Shown in pieces: positions 1 to 9,019 of a stretch of DNA of 64,000 bases (position 1 is the first letter of the stretch; each line of letters starts with the position of its first letter). The stretch is from a bacterium. Lineage in GTDB: Bacteria > JACRDZ01 > JAQUKH01. The stretch is from NCBI GenBank assembly GCA_028719205.1, contig JAQUKH010000003.1, positions 1-64,000 on the forward strand. Reading direction: 5' to 3'. The notes beneath the pieces are model-generated. The model searched no databases. It was not told where the DNA came from and worked only from the letters and a program-made list of their open reading frames with translations. The translations under genes and the position numbers were made by a program.

Positions 1-429
1 CACGTAGATCGTAAGGCGGTACATGATGAAATACGCCGGCACGGCGAACAGCGGCGCCATGAGGACCCCCCCCAGTAGCAGCGGCATGGCGATGTCGCCC
101 CCTGTTCCTACGATATTGTAGATCGAGTAGTCGTGCAGGACGATGTCGTCGACGCGGGCGCCCAGCAACAACCTCCCCAAATGGTACTGGCTTACGTAGA
201 ACAGGGGGATCGTTACCGGATTGGAGATAAGCCACGAACCCAGATAGGCCGAGGTAATGTTGAGGCGAAACATGACCCCGAAGATGATGATCAGAACCGT
301 GTGGAACGGTATCGTCGGTGTCACGCCGATGAAGACTCCCAGGGCCATGCCCAGCGCGATCGTTCGGGGTTCGCCCTTCAGGCTGATAAACCTGCGGTAA
401 AACGTTATGAGCCACTGCTTGGGATTCAT
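1..429 (-). CDS. DUF2062-family membrane protein (3' end runs off the window)
   Basis: Manual minus-strand translation from ATG at 429: MNPKQWLITFYRRFISLKGEPRTIALGMALGVFIGVTPTIPFHT...WLISNPVTIPLFY. It has the P..IA.G.A.G.F.G..P and NP.T..P motifs. Not in the ORF track because there is no stop inside the window. Confidence 0.8.
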   Translation of the reverse strand, partial: MNPKQWLITFYRRFISLKGEPRTIALGMALGVFIGVTPTIPFHTVLIIIFGVMFRLNITSAYLGSWLISNPVTIPLFYVSQYHLGRLLLGARVDDIVLHDYSIYNIVGTGGDIAMPLLLGGVLMAPLFAVPAYFIMYRLTIYV

Positions 430-430
430 A

Positions 431-883
431 TCACGCGACGTCCAAAACGGGCCATCGGGAGACCGCGTTCAGCTCCAGGCCATGCCGTTTTCCCGAAGCG
501 AAGAGTCTGTCCCCGACCACCGCCACCATCGCCGCATTATCGGTGCAGAGGAAAGGCGGCGGCACCAGGACCTCGATGCCTGCCTCAGTCCCGTCTTCAC
601 GGAACCTCTGGCGCAGTCGGCTGTTCGAGGCCACCCCCCCGCATACGACGACCCTGTCCACCCCTTCCCTGCGGGCCGCCTGGATCGTCTTTTCCACCAG
701 GACCTCGCAGATGGCCTCCTGGTAACTCGCCACCAGATGGGGCAGTTCCTCCTCAGAAAAAGACCGCTTTTTTAAGGCCATCACCAGTGAAGTCTTCAGT
801 CCGCTGAAACTGAAATCGAGGCTGTCCCTCATCGCCCGGGGAAAGGGCCACCACGCCCGGTCGCCCCCCTGGGCCATCATCAT
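431..883 (-). CDS. tsaD: tRNA N6-adenosine threonylcarbamoyltransferase TsaD, C-terminal half only (truncated at junction)
   Basis: FPRAM..SLDFSFSGLKT, GGVASNSRLR and CTDNAAMVA motifs. The N-terminal half is absent and an in-frame stop lies just beyond the GC-to-AT junction. Confidence 0.9.
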   Translation of the reverse strand: MMMAQGGDRAWWPFPRAMRDSLDFSFSGLKTSLVMALKKRSFSEEELPHLVASYQEAICEVLVEKTIQAARREGVDRVVVCGGVASNSRLRQRFREDGTEAGIEVLVPPPFLCTDNAAMVAVVGDRLFASGKRHGLELNAVSRWPVLDVA

Positions 884-1312
884 AAAGAATTAATCCAAAA
901 ATTCGCGGCGGATAAAAAGGTGATAAGTCAACCCTGCCCCGGTATTGTAGAATTAATAGAAAAAAATAATATAGAGAAGAATGAAGTTGAAATAGAGAAA
1001 TTATTGCGGAAATATTTAACTCCGCTTCTTAAAGAAAAAATAGATGTTTTGGCGCTTGGTTGCACACATTATGCCCTTGTCCGTGATTTAATCCAGAAAA
1101 TAACCGGGCCGGATATTCTTGTTCTTGATTCAGGGGAAGCGGTTGCCTGCCAGGTAAAACGGGTTTTGACTAATAATAACCGGTTAAATGAAAAGAGAAA
1201 GCAGGTTTATAAATTTTACTGCAGTTCTTCGTCTGAAAATTTCGGTAAAATGGTAAGAACGATTTTTAAAACAGATAAAGTCGAGATTGATAAAATTGAT
1301 CTTGAAAAATAG
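881..1312 (+). CDS. murI: Glutamate racemase, C-terminal part only (truncated at junction)
   Basis: [27 protein letters not shown]...[10 protein letters not shown]...LDSGEAVA. It sits in the conserved murI-rph-rdgB order. Confidence 0.88.
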   Translation, partial: HKELIQKFAADKKVISQPCPGIVELIEKNNIEKNEVEIEKLLRKYLTPLLKEKIDVLALGCTHYALVRDLIQKITGPDILVLDSGEAVACQVKRVLTNNNRLNEKRKQVYKFYCSSSSENFGKMVRTIFKTDKVEIDKIDLEK

Positions 1313-1329
1313 AAAGGCAGAGTTTTTAT

Positions 1330-2070
1330 ATGAGTAAAATACTACGTTCGGATGGCAGGAAATACAATGAATTAAGAGATGTAAAGGTAACGCGTAATTT
1401 TACTAAATACGCGGAAGGATCGGTGCTTTTTGAAATGGGTGAAACAAAAATAGTTTGTACCGCGTCAATTGAGGATAAAGTGCCGTCTTTTTTAAGGGAT
1501 TCAGGGCAGGGATGGATTTCCGCGGAATACAGCATGCTTCCACGTTCAGCGTTGACAAGGATTCCCCGCGAAGGGTCATCCTCAAAACCAAAAGGACGGA
1601 CCCAGGAGATCCAGAGGATAATTGGAAGGAGTATGCGCAGTATAGTAAATTTGGAGAATTTAGGCGAGAGGACGATCTGGCTGGATTGCGATGTTATTCA
1701 GGCTGACGGCGGGACCCGTGTAGCCTCTATTACAGGATCTTTCATTGCTTTATATGACGCGATAAGGCATATTAAAAAGGAAGGAAAGATCAAGGGGAGA
1801 ATTTTAAAGGATTTTATAGCCGGTGTCAGCGTTGGGAAAGAAAAAGAACAAAAATTATTAGATCTTTGTTTTAAAGAAGATTCGGCGTCTGATATGGACC
1901 TAAATGTTGTAATGACTGCGGAAGGCCAATTTGTTGAGATACAGGGTACAGGAGAAAAGCGGCCGTTTGAGAGACAGGAATTAGATGAACTCCTGGAACT
2001 TGCGCATAAAGGTATCAAAGAGCTTATAAAGATAGAAAAAGAGGTTCTAAAAACTGAGGAATTAATTTAG
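1330..2070 (+). CDS. rph: Ribonuclease PH
   Basis: [47 protein letters not shown] and EIQGTGE motifs. Confidence 0.97.
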   Translation: MSKILRSDGRKYNELRDVKVTRNFTKYAEGSVLFEMGETKIVCTASIEDKVPSFLRDSGQGWISAEYSMLPRSALTRIPREGSSSKPKGRTQEIQRIIGRSMRSIVNLENLGERTIWLDCDVIQADGGTRVASITGSFIALYDAIRHIKKEGKIKGRILKDFIAGVSVGKEKEQKLLDLCFKEDSASDMDLNVVMTAEGQFVEIQGTGEKRPFERQELDELLELAHKGIKELIKIEKEVLKTEELI

Positions 2071-2078
2071 GAGAAGTT

Positions 2079-2678
2079 TTGGATATAATCGTTGCAACCC
2101 GGAACAAAGGAAAACTGAAAGAAATTAAAGAACTTCTTAAAGATATACCAGTTAACTTGTTATCTTTAAATGATTTTAAAAATATACCTGAAGTAAAAGA
2201 AGATGGTTTTACTTTTCAGGAAAATGCCTTGATAAAAGCAAAGATCGTAGCTGAAATAACAGGATTTCCGGTCTTGTCAGATGATTCAGGCTTGGAGATC
2301 GATGCGCTGAACGGCCAGCCTGGAATACATTCCGCCAGATTTTCCGGGGATAACGCGAAAGACTCGGATAACATAAGAAAAGTGTTGGATCTGCTTGGAA
2401 AATTGCCTGAAAAAAAAAGGCTGGCGAGATTCAGGGCAGTGGCCTGCTTACATTTTCCGGATGGAAAAACAAAATTTACGGAAGGAACCTGTGAAGGTAA
2501 GATGATTTTTGCACCCCGTGGTGAAAATGGGTTTGGTTACGACCCGATTTTTATGCCAAAAGGATATAAAAAAACTTTCGCGGAACTGGATGAAACCATA
2601 AAAAATTGTATTAGCCATCGCGCGAAGGCAATGGAGAAAATGAAAAAGGTATTGAAAAAGATAAAAGATGCGCAATAA
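2079..2678 (+). CDS. rdgB: dITP/XTP pyrophosphatase (Ham1/RdgB)
   Basis: ATRNKGKLKE, ENALIKA, DDSGL, GFGYDPIF and ISHRAKA motifs. TTG start after AGGAG. Confidence 0.96.
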   Translation: MDIIVATRNKGKLKEIKELLKDIPVNLLSLNDFKNIPEVKEDGFTFQENALIKAKIVAEITGFPVLSDDSGLEIDALNGQPGIHSARFSGDNAKDSDNIRKVLDLLGKLPEKKRLARFRAVACLHFPDGKTKFTEGTCEGKMIFAPRGENGFGYDPIFMPKGYKKTFAELDETIKNCISHRAKAMEKMKKVLKKIKDAQ

Positions 2679-4407
2679 ACAGGCCTTTTTTTTATTAATC
2701 CTTTTTTCTTTTTGTTCTCCGGTCTTTGCTTTTACTTTTACAAACTGGAATGAGCAGGAAACAAATTCTGAGGAAGATATTTACCGGTTCTATCAGGAAG
2801 GCTCAATCGGGTATTTTGATTATTTGCGCCTTTTGGATATTTGGGAAAATAAGATCGATATTAACAGGGCGGAGATTGAGGATTTGCTTGATCTGCCCGG
2901 TGTTGATACAAGAATAGCGGAAGCTATTGTAGAATATCGCGATAAAACAGGTTTATTTGAAAAGATCTCAGATCTAGAGAATGTTCCTTTATTAACAAGA
3001 GATACGTACAAATACTTAAGAAATTTTGTTGAAGTGTTTCCTTCACAAAAAGGCGGATCATTGCGCGTCAAACTGGAAGAAGATCCGCTTGATGACGAAG
3101 GATTCTATATTTATCACAGGCTTCAGTATCAGACCTCACTGTTTGGTTTTGGGTACCTTCTGGAAAGGGATCAGGAAATAGAAGGATATTCAATAGAAAA
3201 TGGAACCCCCAAAAAAGCGGAAGAAGAGAACAAATTTCGTTTAAAAAAGAAATATATTTTGTTCAGGGATTGCTACGGTATAAAAGATATTATAATAGGA
3301 AATTATACGCTTAGGTTCGGGAAGGGGTTAGTTATTGGAAATTCTGACCGGAAAAACAAGATCGGCTCACTGCCGGATCTTTCCCTTTATGATAAATTTT
3401 TCGGAATAACCGGAAAACTAAAAATAAACCGCGTTACATTAACTCCTTTTATCTCAAAAGACACGCTTAATAACAACGCATTTCCGGATGTTTATCGGGA
3501 AGAAGTAAAAGGTTTAAATACAAGGTTTGATATAACAAAATATTTTAGTATGGGCGGCACATATTACAGATCGGAGATAAATAAAGATTTCGATTTTGAT
3601 CTTTCTGCTTATCCTGATGCGGCTAAAGCTGAAGTTTACGGCATAGATTTTTCTTACAGGTATGGGTTCCTGAAATTCTCAGGGGAAACGGCTAAGGTTA
3701 AGGCAAAAGGCAGGGGCAGCTATTTGGAATTATCGTATGATCTGAAAGAGATATTTTCTTTAATTTCTTTCCGCGATTTTGCGCCAAATTTTTACAATCC
3801 TCACAGCCAGTCTTTTGCGCAGGAGGATGATGAACCTAATGACAGGGATGAAAGAGGTTTTTACTTTGAGGAATATTTTAAATTCAGCAGGAAGTTCAGT
3901 TTAAGAACATCTTTTGACCAGTGGAGCCATCCAGGAAGGAAAATAACCGATAGGGAATTAGGAGGGCAGGCGGATTGTTACCCGGTGTCATTTTTTAACT
4001 TATCGGCAAGCCGCCGGATCAAAGATGAAGATATGTACAAAACGGGTGATAAGAAAATAAAAGATTATTTAAACGGAAGATTTTTACTTGGAAAAAAAAT
4101 TGAGCTGGCTGTTTTTTATGGGAAAGACAGGGCTAGCAATTCAGACATAGAAGATATTATTGATAACTTTTGGGGTTACCAGGTAAAATTGGATAATGAC
4201 AGGAATATTTTTCTTATACGAACAAAGTTGAGTGACGATAATACTGATATTGCCGGGGATAAAAAAAAAGAATATTTTTTTTATGCTAAATTGAAAGAAA
4301 TAAGACAAATTGCAATAGGTTTTAGTTTTAAGGCTGTGCATTCAAGTGAAGAAGTCTCCCCAAATACACAGGAGCTATACAGGTTTAGTTGTGATTATAT
4401 CTGGTAA
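2668..4407 (+). CDS. Secreted protein with N-terminal ComEA-like helix-hairpin-helix domain and probable outer-membrane beta-barrel
   Basis: Signal peptide. IDINRAEIEDLLDLPGV..RIAEAIVEYRDKTGLFEKISDLENV is an HhH_3 pattern. Amphipathic aromatic-rich strands follow, and the C-terminus is ...SCDYIW. Confidence 0.7.
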   Translation: MRNKQAFFLLILFSFCSPVFAFTFTNWNEQETNSEEDIYRFYQEGSIGYFDYLRLLDIWENKIDINRAEIEDLLDLPGVDTRIAEAIVEYRDKTGLFEKISDLENVPLLTRDTYKYLRNFVEVFPSQKGGSLRVKLEEDPLDDEGFYIYHRLQYQTSLFGFGYLLERDQEIEGYSIENGTPKKAEEENKFRLKKKYILFRDCYGIKDIIIGNYTLRFGKGLVIGNSDRKNKIGSLPDLSLYDKFFGITGKLKINRVTLTPFISKDTLNNNAFPDVYREEVKGLNTRFDITKYFSMGGTYYRSEINKDFDFDLSAYPDAAKAEVYGIDFSYRYGFLKFSGETAKVKAKGRGSYLELSYDLKEIFSLISFRDFAPNFYNPHSQSFAQEDDEPNDRDERGFYFEEYFKFSRKFSLRTSFDQWSHPGRKITDRELGGQADCYPVSFFNLSASRRIKDEDMYKTGDKKIKDYLNGRFLLGKKIELAVFYGKDRASNSDIEDIIDNFWGYQVKLDNDRNIFLIRTKLSDDNTDIAGDKKKEYFFYAKLKEIRQIAIGFSFKAVHSSEEVSPNTQELYRFSCDYIW

Positions 4408-4424
4408 TTTTTTCCATCAAATTA

Positions 4425-4453
4425 TTGACGAACAGTCAAAAAAGTGATATACT
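4425..4453 (+). promoter_or_regulatory. sigma70-type promoter for the dockerin-cohesin-hydrolase genes
   Basis: TTGACG-17 nt-TATACT with an extended -10 TG. Confidence 0.6.
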
Positions 4454-4483
4454 AACTTAAGAGGCGGGGTAAAAGCGCAATAT

Positions 4484-4867
4484 ATGTTATCCAGAGAAAA
4501 AATATATAAAATCAGAAATGCTGCAATAATTATTGTTCTTATAACTTTTTTTATCACATTGCAGTATAATGTTGTTGGTAAAAGTAATTCAAATTCTTTA
4601 ATTAATGATAATTTTTTAAGTGAAATTGCTTTTGCTGATACTGCAATGAGCTTTAATATTAAAGTTGGCTTGGTATTTAACGCTGATTTTGATGGTTCAA
4701 ATCTGGTTGATGGCAAGGATTTAGCATTGCTTATGTATTGTTTTGGCAGAAATGAGAGCGAATATATGCCCAACAGATATAATGTAAATCCTGATATTAA
4801 TGGAGACAAGATGGTTGATGGCGAAGATTTGGTAATTCTTGCAAGCCATTTTGGGTTAAAAAAATAA
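4484..4867 (+). CDS. Small membrane-anchored or secreted dockerin-like protein
   Basis: N-terminal hydrophobic helix, then two Ca-binding loop-helix repeats: ADFDGSNLVDGKDLALLMYCFG and PDINGDKMVDGEDLVILASHFG. Confidence 0.75.
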   Translation: MLSREKIYKIRNAAIIIVLITFFITLQYNVVGKSNSNSLINDNFLSEIAFADTAMSFNIKVGLVFNADFDGSNLVDGKDLALLMYCFGRNESEYMPNRYNVNPDINGDKMVDGEDLVILASHFGLKK

Positions 4868-4880
4868 GCGGGAAATTAAT

Positions 4881-5555
4881 TTGAAAAGAAATATTCTTTT
4901 TCTGGTTTTTACGTTATTTTTAGTATTGTTTTTCGGGTGCCATCGTGGCGGTGGCGATAATAGTATTAGTGGTAGTGATAATACCAGTGGTGGGACTGGT
5001 GGTAGTGGTGGGACTGGTGGAACTGGTGGAACCGGTGAGACTGGTGGAACCGGTGAGACTGGTGGAACCGGTGAGACTGGTGGTAGCGGTGAGAAAGGGA
5101 CAATTACTCCTGAAGTGAAAATAGTATTATCCGCAGTTCCTACACATCCTGGTGAATTTTCTATATATATTGAAATTTCAAATGCGGTGAATGCCGCAGG
5201 GATTTATTTCAGGTTAAATTATAATTCCAAAATTATACAGATTAAAAATATAAATATTCCGGAAAATAGTGTTACAAAAGGCGCATTTTTCACTAAGGGA
5301 GAAGCAGGAGTTGGTTTTCTTAACCAAAATCCTGATTCCGGATGTTTATTAGTAGGTTTATCCCGTGCCGGTGAAAATCCCGGGATTAATGGTTCAGGAA
5401 CAATAATGACATTTACATTTACCACTGTAAGCACAGGTTTTACTTCAGTTAAATTTAGCGAAACAGCGGAGGAAAATTCATTATTTACCCCGGAAAAACC
5501 ATTAGAAAGTATTTCTTCTGTCAAATGGACAAATGCGGAAGTGACCGTTAAGTAG
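4881..5555 (+). CDS. Lipoprotein with Gly/Thr linker and cohesin-like domain
   Basis: Lipobox-like LFFG-C, then a (GGT/GET)n linker. EFSIYIEISNAVNAAGIYFRLNYNSKII...VGLSRAG..PGINGSGTIMTFTF matches the cohesin strand pattern. Confidence 0.72.
   Translation: MKRNILFLVFTLFLVLFFGCHRGGGDNSISGSDNTSGGTGGSGGTGGTGGTGETGGTGETGGTGETGGSGEKGTITPEVKIVLSAVPTHPGEFSIYIEISNAVNAAGIYFRLNYNSKIIQIKNINIPENSVTKGAFFTKGEAGVGFLNQNPDSGCLLVGLSRAGENPGINGSGTIMTFTFTTVSTGFTSVKFSETAEENSLFTPEKPLESISSVKWTNAEVTVK
4986..5093 (+). repeat. Coding tandem repeat (9/18-bp period) encoding the Gly/Thr linker
   Basis: ACTGGTGGAACCGGTGAG occurs as 3 exact copies at 5022-5075, flanked by degenerate copies. Confidence 0.9.
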
Positions 5556-5611
5556 GATATTGAATGGAGAACGTCTGAATTATAAAGGGCAGATAAATAA
5601 CCCTTTAAAGG

Positions 5612-8600
5612 ATGAATATGTTTAAAAAAACAATATTTCTAATATTTTTGATTATTTTTATGAATAATATGGGTGTTTTTGCGGCTCCGTCTATTGTCAG
5701 CTTAACTGATAATAGAGCTGATTATACAGGCAGTCAAATCCCGAAATATGAGAAGTATGAAATAACTTTTACACTGGATTCCGCTTATTCAAATCCCTAT
5801 AATTTTGATACTTCAACAGGCGGGGTAAAAATTGACGCCTATTTTACTAATCCGGGAAGCGGTCTTACGGATACAGTTGCCGCCTTTTGGTTCCAGGATT
5901 ACGTAAGGTCAACGAGTGGATTAAATGAAGTATTGACTCTAACAGGAAGCCCCTGCTGGAAAGTCCGTTACGCGTCTGAAACTACAGGAGCTTTTAATTA
6001 TTCGCTGAAACTTAACGATTCGACAGGGGATTATATATTATCATTACCTGCTCTTACAGATACTACTTTTACGGTAGTGGACTCAAGCAATAAAGGCTTT
6101 ATACGGCTAAATCCAAGAAATAACCGTTATTTTGCTTATGAAAATGGAAATGATTTTTTTGGTATTGGTTTGGATGTAGCCTGGTGGCAGATCCCGGCAG
6201 GACACCAGACAAAAACTTATGCCTATGATGAATATTTTAGTTATATGAAACAAAATAAAATGAATTTTGCAAGGGTATGGATGGTTAATTCTATTTGGCA
6301 ATACCCTGATTGGGTGGTAACTATTCAGCAGGGGAAAAATAATATTGGATCCAATTATGATTTAGCCGATGCGTGGAGGATGGATAAAATTTTATCTTCA
6401 GCTAAAGATAATGGAATATATATACAACTTACTTTAGAGGATGTAAATAGTTTCGCGTATAATTGGGATGCAAATATTTATAATACCGTCAACAGCGGGC
6501 CGCTGGTTTATCGTTCAGAATTTTTTACTAATACTGCTGCGAAAAATTCATGGAAACAATTATTAAGATATTTAGTTGCCAGATATGGATATAATACAAA
6601 TATTTTGTCCTGGGAGTTGTGGAATGAAATAAACGAACTGCAATGGTCATTGGAGTTGGCGGAAAATTGGAATACAACTTGGGCAGATATTAAAACCTGG
6701 CATTCAGAAATGGCTCAAGATATAAAAAATATGGATGTAAATAAACACATGATTACCACAAGTACCGGTAGTTTTAAAACATTCTATGACTTATACAGTT
6801 TACCGGAAATAGAATATGCTCAAATTCACGGGTATTATGTAAAAAATTACACCGCTAATTATTCTCCGTCAGATATGTTTAAGCTTATTACATATTATTC
6901 AAAGGAATTGTATAAAACTGTTCCAAATAAACCAAATATTTTTGCGGAATTTGGGGCTTTAGGGTCATCCTGGACCTCTGCCGGAGGAGATTGTTATGAT
7001 GGGATTGCGCCTGATGATACTACTGGTATATATCTTCATAATGCTTTGTGGACTGGAACGATGCAGGGGTTAGCAACTACACCTTTATCATGGGCCTGGC
7101 CGGAACATTTAACTTATTTAGACTGGTGGCAAAACTATAAAATATTAAGCAATTATCTTGAAAGTGAAATTTCAAGTAAAAAGCTATGCGATACAACACT
7201 TGCTTTTGTAAATTCAACTTATGGCAATTTGCTTTCTAATCCGGGGTTTGAAAATGGTTTTACTGATTGGCTTAAGAATCCTACTACCACTATAAAATAT
7301 TCTATTGATACCACAATATCCCATAGTGGCGCAAAAAGTTTTAAATGGTCAAGTTCTGTGAATGAACCTATAACTTTCCAGCAAAGTGTTAGTTTGATAC
7401 CGAATTTATCTTATACAGTAAGCGGTTGGGTGAAAAAGGACACTATCGCAGGACCCGGGGTGCAAGTCTATGTTGCTACATCATCTAATGGTATTACTTG
7501 GACTAATTTCGCACTTTCCCCATATCTCAAGGGAACAAGTGATTGGGCACAATTTTCTTTTAATTTCACTGCGCCTGCGGCTACATCAGATAATTATCAG
7601 GCAAGAGTTGTTTTTGCTTTCACGGGGACATCAGGAACAATATGGATAGATGATGTACAGTTAGCGCCATCCGGGGTATACGCAACACCTTCTTCTGATA
7701 ATGCTAACTTGAGGATATTAGCGGGAAAAAACGATACTTCCGCGTTGGTTTGGGTCCAAAACAAGAATCACACATGGTACAATGTGGTTGTTTTAGATAC
7801 GGCTATAAACAGTGAGACAGGTTCTGTGAATATTCCAAGTATGAGCAATATGAATTATTCAGTTGAATGGTGGGATACATACTCTACAACCGGTACGTTA
7901 TTTAGAAAACAAAAAGCAAATGCCTCTGACGGCACTTTAAATATATTTTTACCGGTACCCTTAACAAAAGACATAGCGGCAAAAATAAAACCTCTTACAG
8001 ATTCAACTTTTTCTGTTCTGGATTGGACAGGGGAAATTGGATATACCAATGACGGAGTTAATCCTGAAAGCGGTTATAGTAATACTACTGTTTTTACTTT
8101 CAGGGTTAAATATACTGATCCCGGTAATTATTTCCCCGCTTATATGCGTTTATTGCTGGACAAAAATGGTGACGGTGATTATGCTGATAGCGGTGAAGTA
8201 ATTAATATGGATGAGGCTGATACTAATGATAATAATGTTACAGACGGGAAAATTTATACTAAGGATGTTACGATCCCTTTTTCCCCGGGATTCACGAATA
8301 TCTCTTATAAGTTCGAGGCGTATGATGGAATTTATCTTGCTTCAGGAACACCTGCAACGGCAATTAATTCGCCGGATTTGATATTAAATCTATCGCTGAC
8401 TATTTCATCCGCTGAAATTAATTTAAATAAACTCAATTTGGCCTCTTTTTCTCAACCTGCAAGTATTACTGTAAACAATACAGCCAATGAAGGTTTAGAG
8501 GCGTTTACGCTCCAGATCACCGGCGCGGGCGCTGATTGGGTTCCGGGTTCTGTTTCAGCAGGCAATACTTATGTGCTTAAAGCTCTTTTTACCGGAGAAA

Positions 8601-8827
8601 ATGATATTCCTGTCGCGGGAGATTTTAATGATGATGATATAGTTACAAGTGTAAATAAAACAGCAACTTCTACAATTTTCGGAGATCCTAAATTTTCGGC
8701 TAATGGAGCAAGTGTTCCTGCAGGCAGCGCTGTAAAACTTTGGTTACTATTTAAAACACCTAAGTCAAGTAATTCCCAAACAGAGCAAAATATCGCTCTT
8801 ACAATTGGGATTATTGATGCAAACTAG
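5612..8827 (+). CDS. Secreted multidomain glycoside hydrolase: DUF5060-like N-terminus, clan GH-A (GH5-like) barrel, CBM4/9-like module, C-terminal beta-sandwich domains
   Basis: Signal peptide. KYEKYEITF...NPY...WKVRY (DUF5060-like), WELWNE (acid/base), PNIFAEFG (nucleophile) and NLLSNPGFENG...IWIDDVQL (CBM4/9-like). Confidence 0.75.
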   Translation: MNMFKKTIFLIFLIIFMNNMGVFAAPSIVSLTDNRADYTGSQIPKYEKYEITFTLDSAYSNPYNFDTSTGGVKIDAYFTNPGSGLTDTVAAFWFQDYVRSTSGLNEVLTLTGSPCWKVRYASETTGAFNYSLKLNDSTGDYILSLPALTDTTFTVVDSSNKGFIRLNPRNNRYFAYENGNDFFGIGLDVAWWQIPAGHQTKTYAYDEYFSYMKQNKMNFARVWMVNSIWQYPDWVVTIQQGKNNIGSNYDLADAWRMDKILSSAKDNGIYIQLTLEDVNSFAYNWDANIYNTVNSGPLVYRSEFFTNTAAKNSWKQLLRYLVARYGYNTNILSWELWNEINELQWSLELAENWNTTWADIKTWHSEMAQDIKNMDVNKHMITTSTGSFKTFYDLYSLPEIEYAQIHGYYVKNYTANYSPSDMFKLITYYSKELYKTVPNKPNIFAEFGALGSSWTSAGGDCYDGIAPDDTTGIYLHNALWTGTMQGLATTPLSWAWPEHLTYLDWWQNYKILSNYLESEISSKKLCDTTLAFVNSTYGNLLSNPGFENGFTDWLKNPTTTIKYSIDTTISHSGAKSFKWSSSVNEPITFQQSVSLIPNLSYTVSGWVKKDTIAGPGVQVYVATSSNGITWTNFALSPYLKGTSDWAQFSFNFTAPAATSDNYQARVVFAFTGTSGTIWIDDVQLAPSGVYATPSSDNANLRILAGKNDTSALVWVQNKNHTWYNVVVLDTAINSETGSVNIPSMSNMNYSVEWWDTYSTTGTLFRKQKANASDGTLNIFLPVPLTKDIAAKIKPLTDSTFSVLDWTGEIGYTNDGVNPESGYSNTTVFTFRVKYTDPGNYFPAYMRLLLDKNGDGDYADSGEVINMDEADTNDNNVTDGKIYTKDVTIPFSPGFTNISYKFEAYDGIYLASGTPATAINSPDLILNLSLTISSAEINLNKLNLASFSQPASITVNNTANEGLEAFTLQITGAGADWVPGSVSAGNTYVLKALFTGENDIPVAGDFNDDDIVTSVNKTATSTIFGDPKFSANGASVPAGSAVKLWLLFKTPKSSNSQTEQNIALTIGIIDAN

Positions 8828-8844
8828 GCCTGCCCGCGGCAGGC
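8828..8844. repeat. REP-like palindrome, CCTGCC/GGCAGG family
   Basis: GCCTGCC-CGC-GGCAGGC directly after the stop codon. Relatives at 35284 and 62117. Confidence 0.65.
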
Positions 8845-8910
8845 AGATATTAGTCATTTTTTTAGGCAAAAGTCTTGGTCTGTAATTAGAATGTTCCCCC
8901 ATAATGCCGC

Positions 8911-8939
8911 TTGCGTAATCCTAAATTTTATGCTATAAT
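8911..8939 (+). promoter_or_regulatory. sigma70-type promoter of the polysaccharide operon
   Basis: TTGCGT-17 nt-TATAAT with an extended -10 TG. Confidence 0.65.
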
Positions 8940-9019
8940 AAACCTTTTAAAATCTGTGTAATCTCTTTTAAAGAATCGCTGTAATCAGCTGTAATTACCG
9001 TTATTTCAGGAGTAAATAA

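Noticed and set aside
133-807. Plus-strand ORFs of 224, 122 and 60 aa in the GC-rich segment
   Set aside because: They are shadow frames of the minus-strand DUF2062 and tsaD genes, with Pro/Arg-rich composition and no motifs.
4986-5093. Tandem repeat considered as a CRISPR array or phase-variation tract
   Set aside because: The units are in-frame multiples of 9 bp encoding a Gly/Thr linker, with no spacers.
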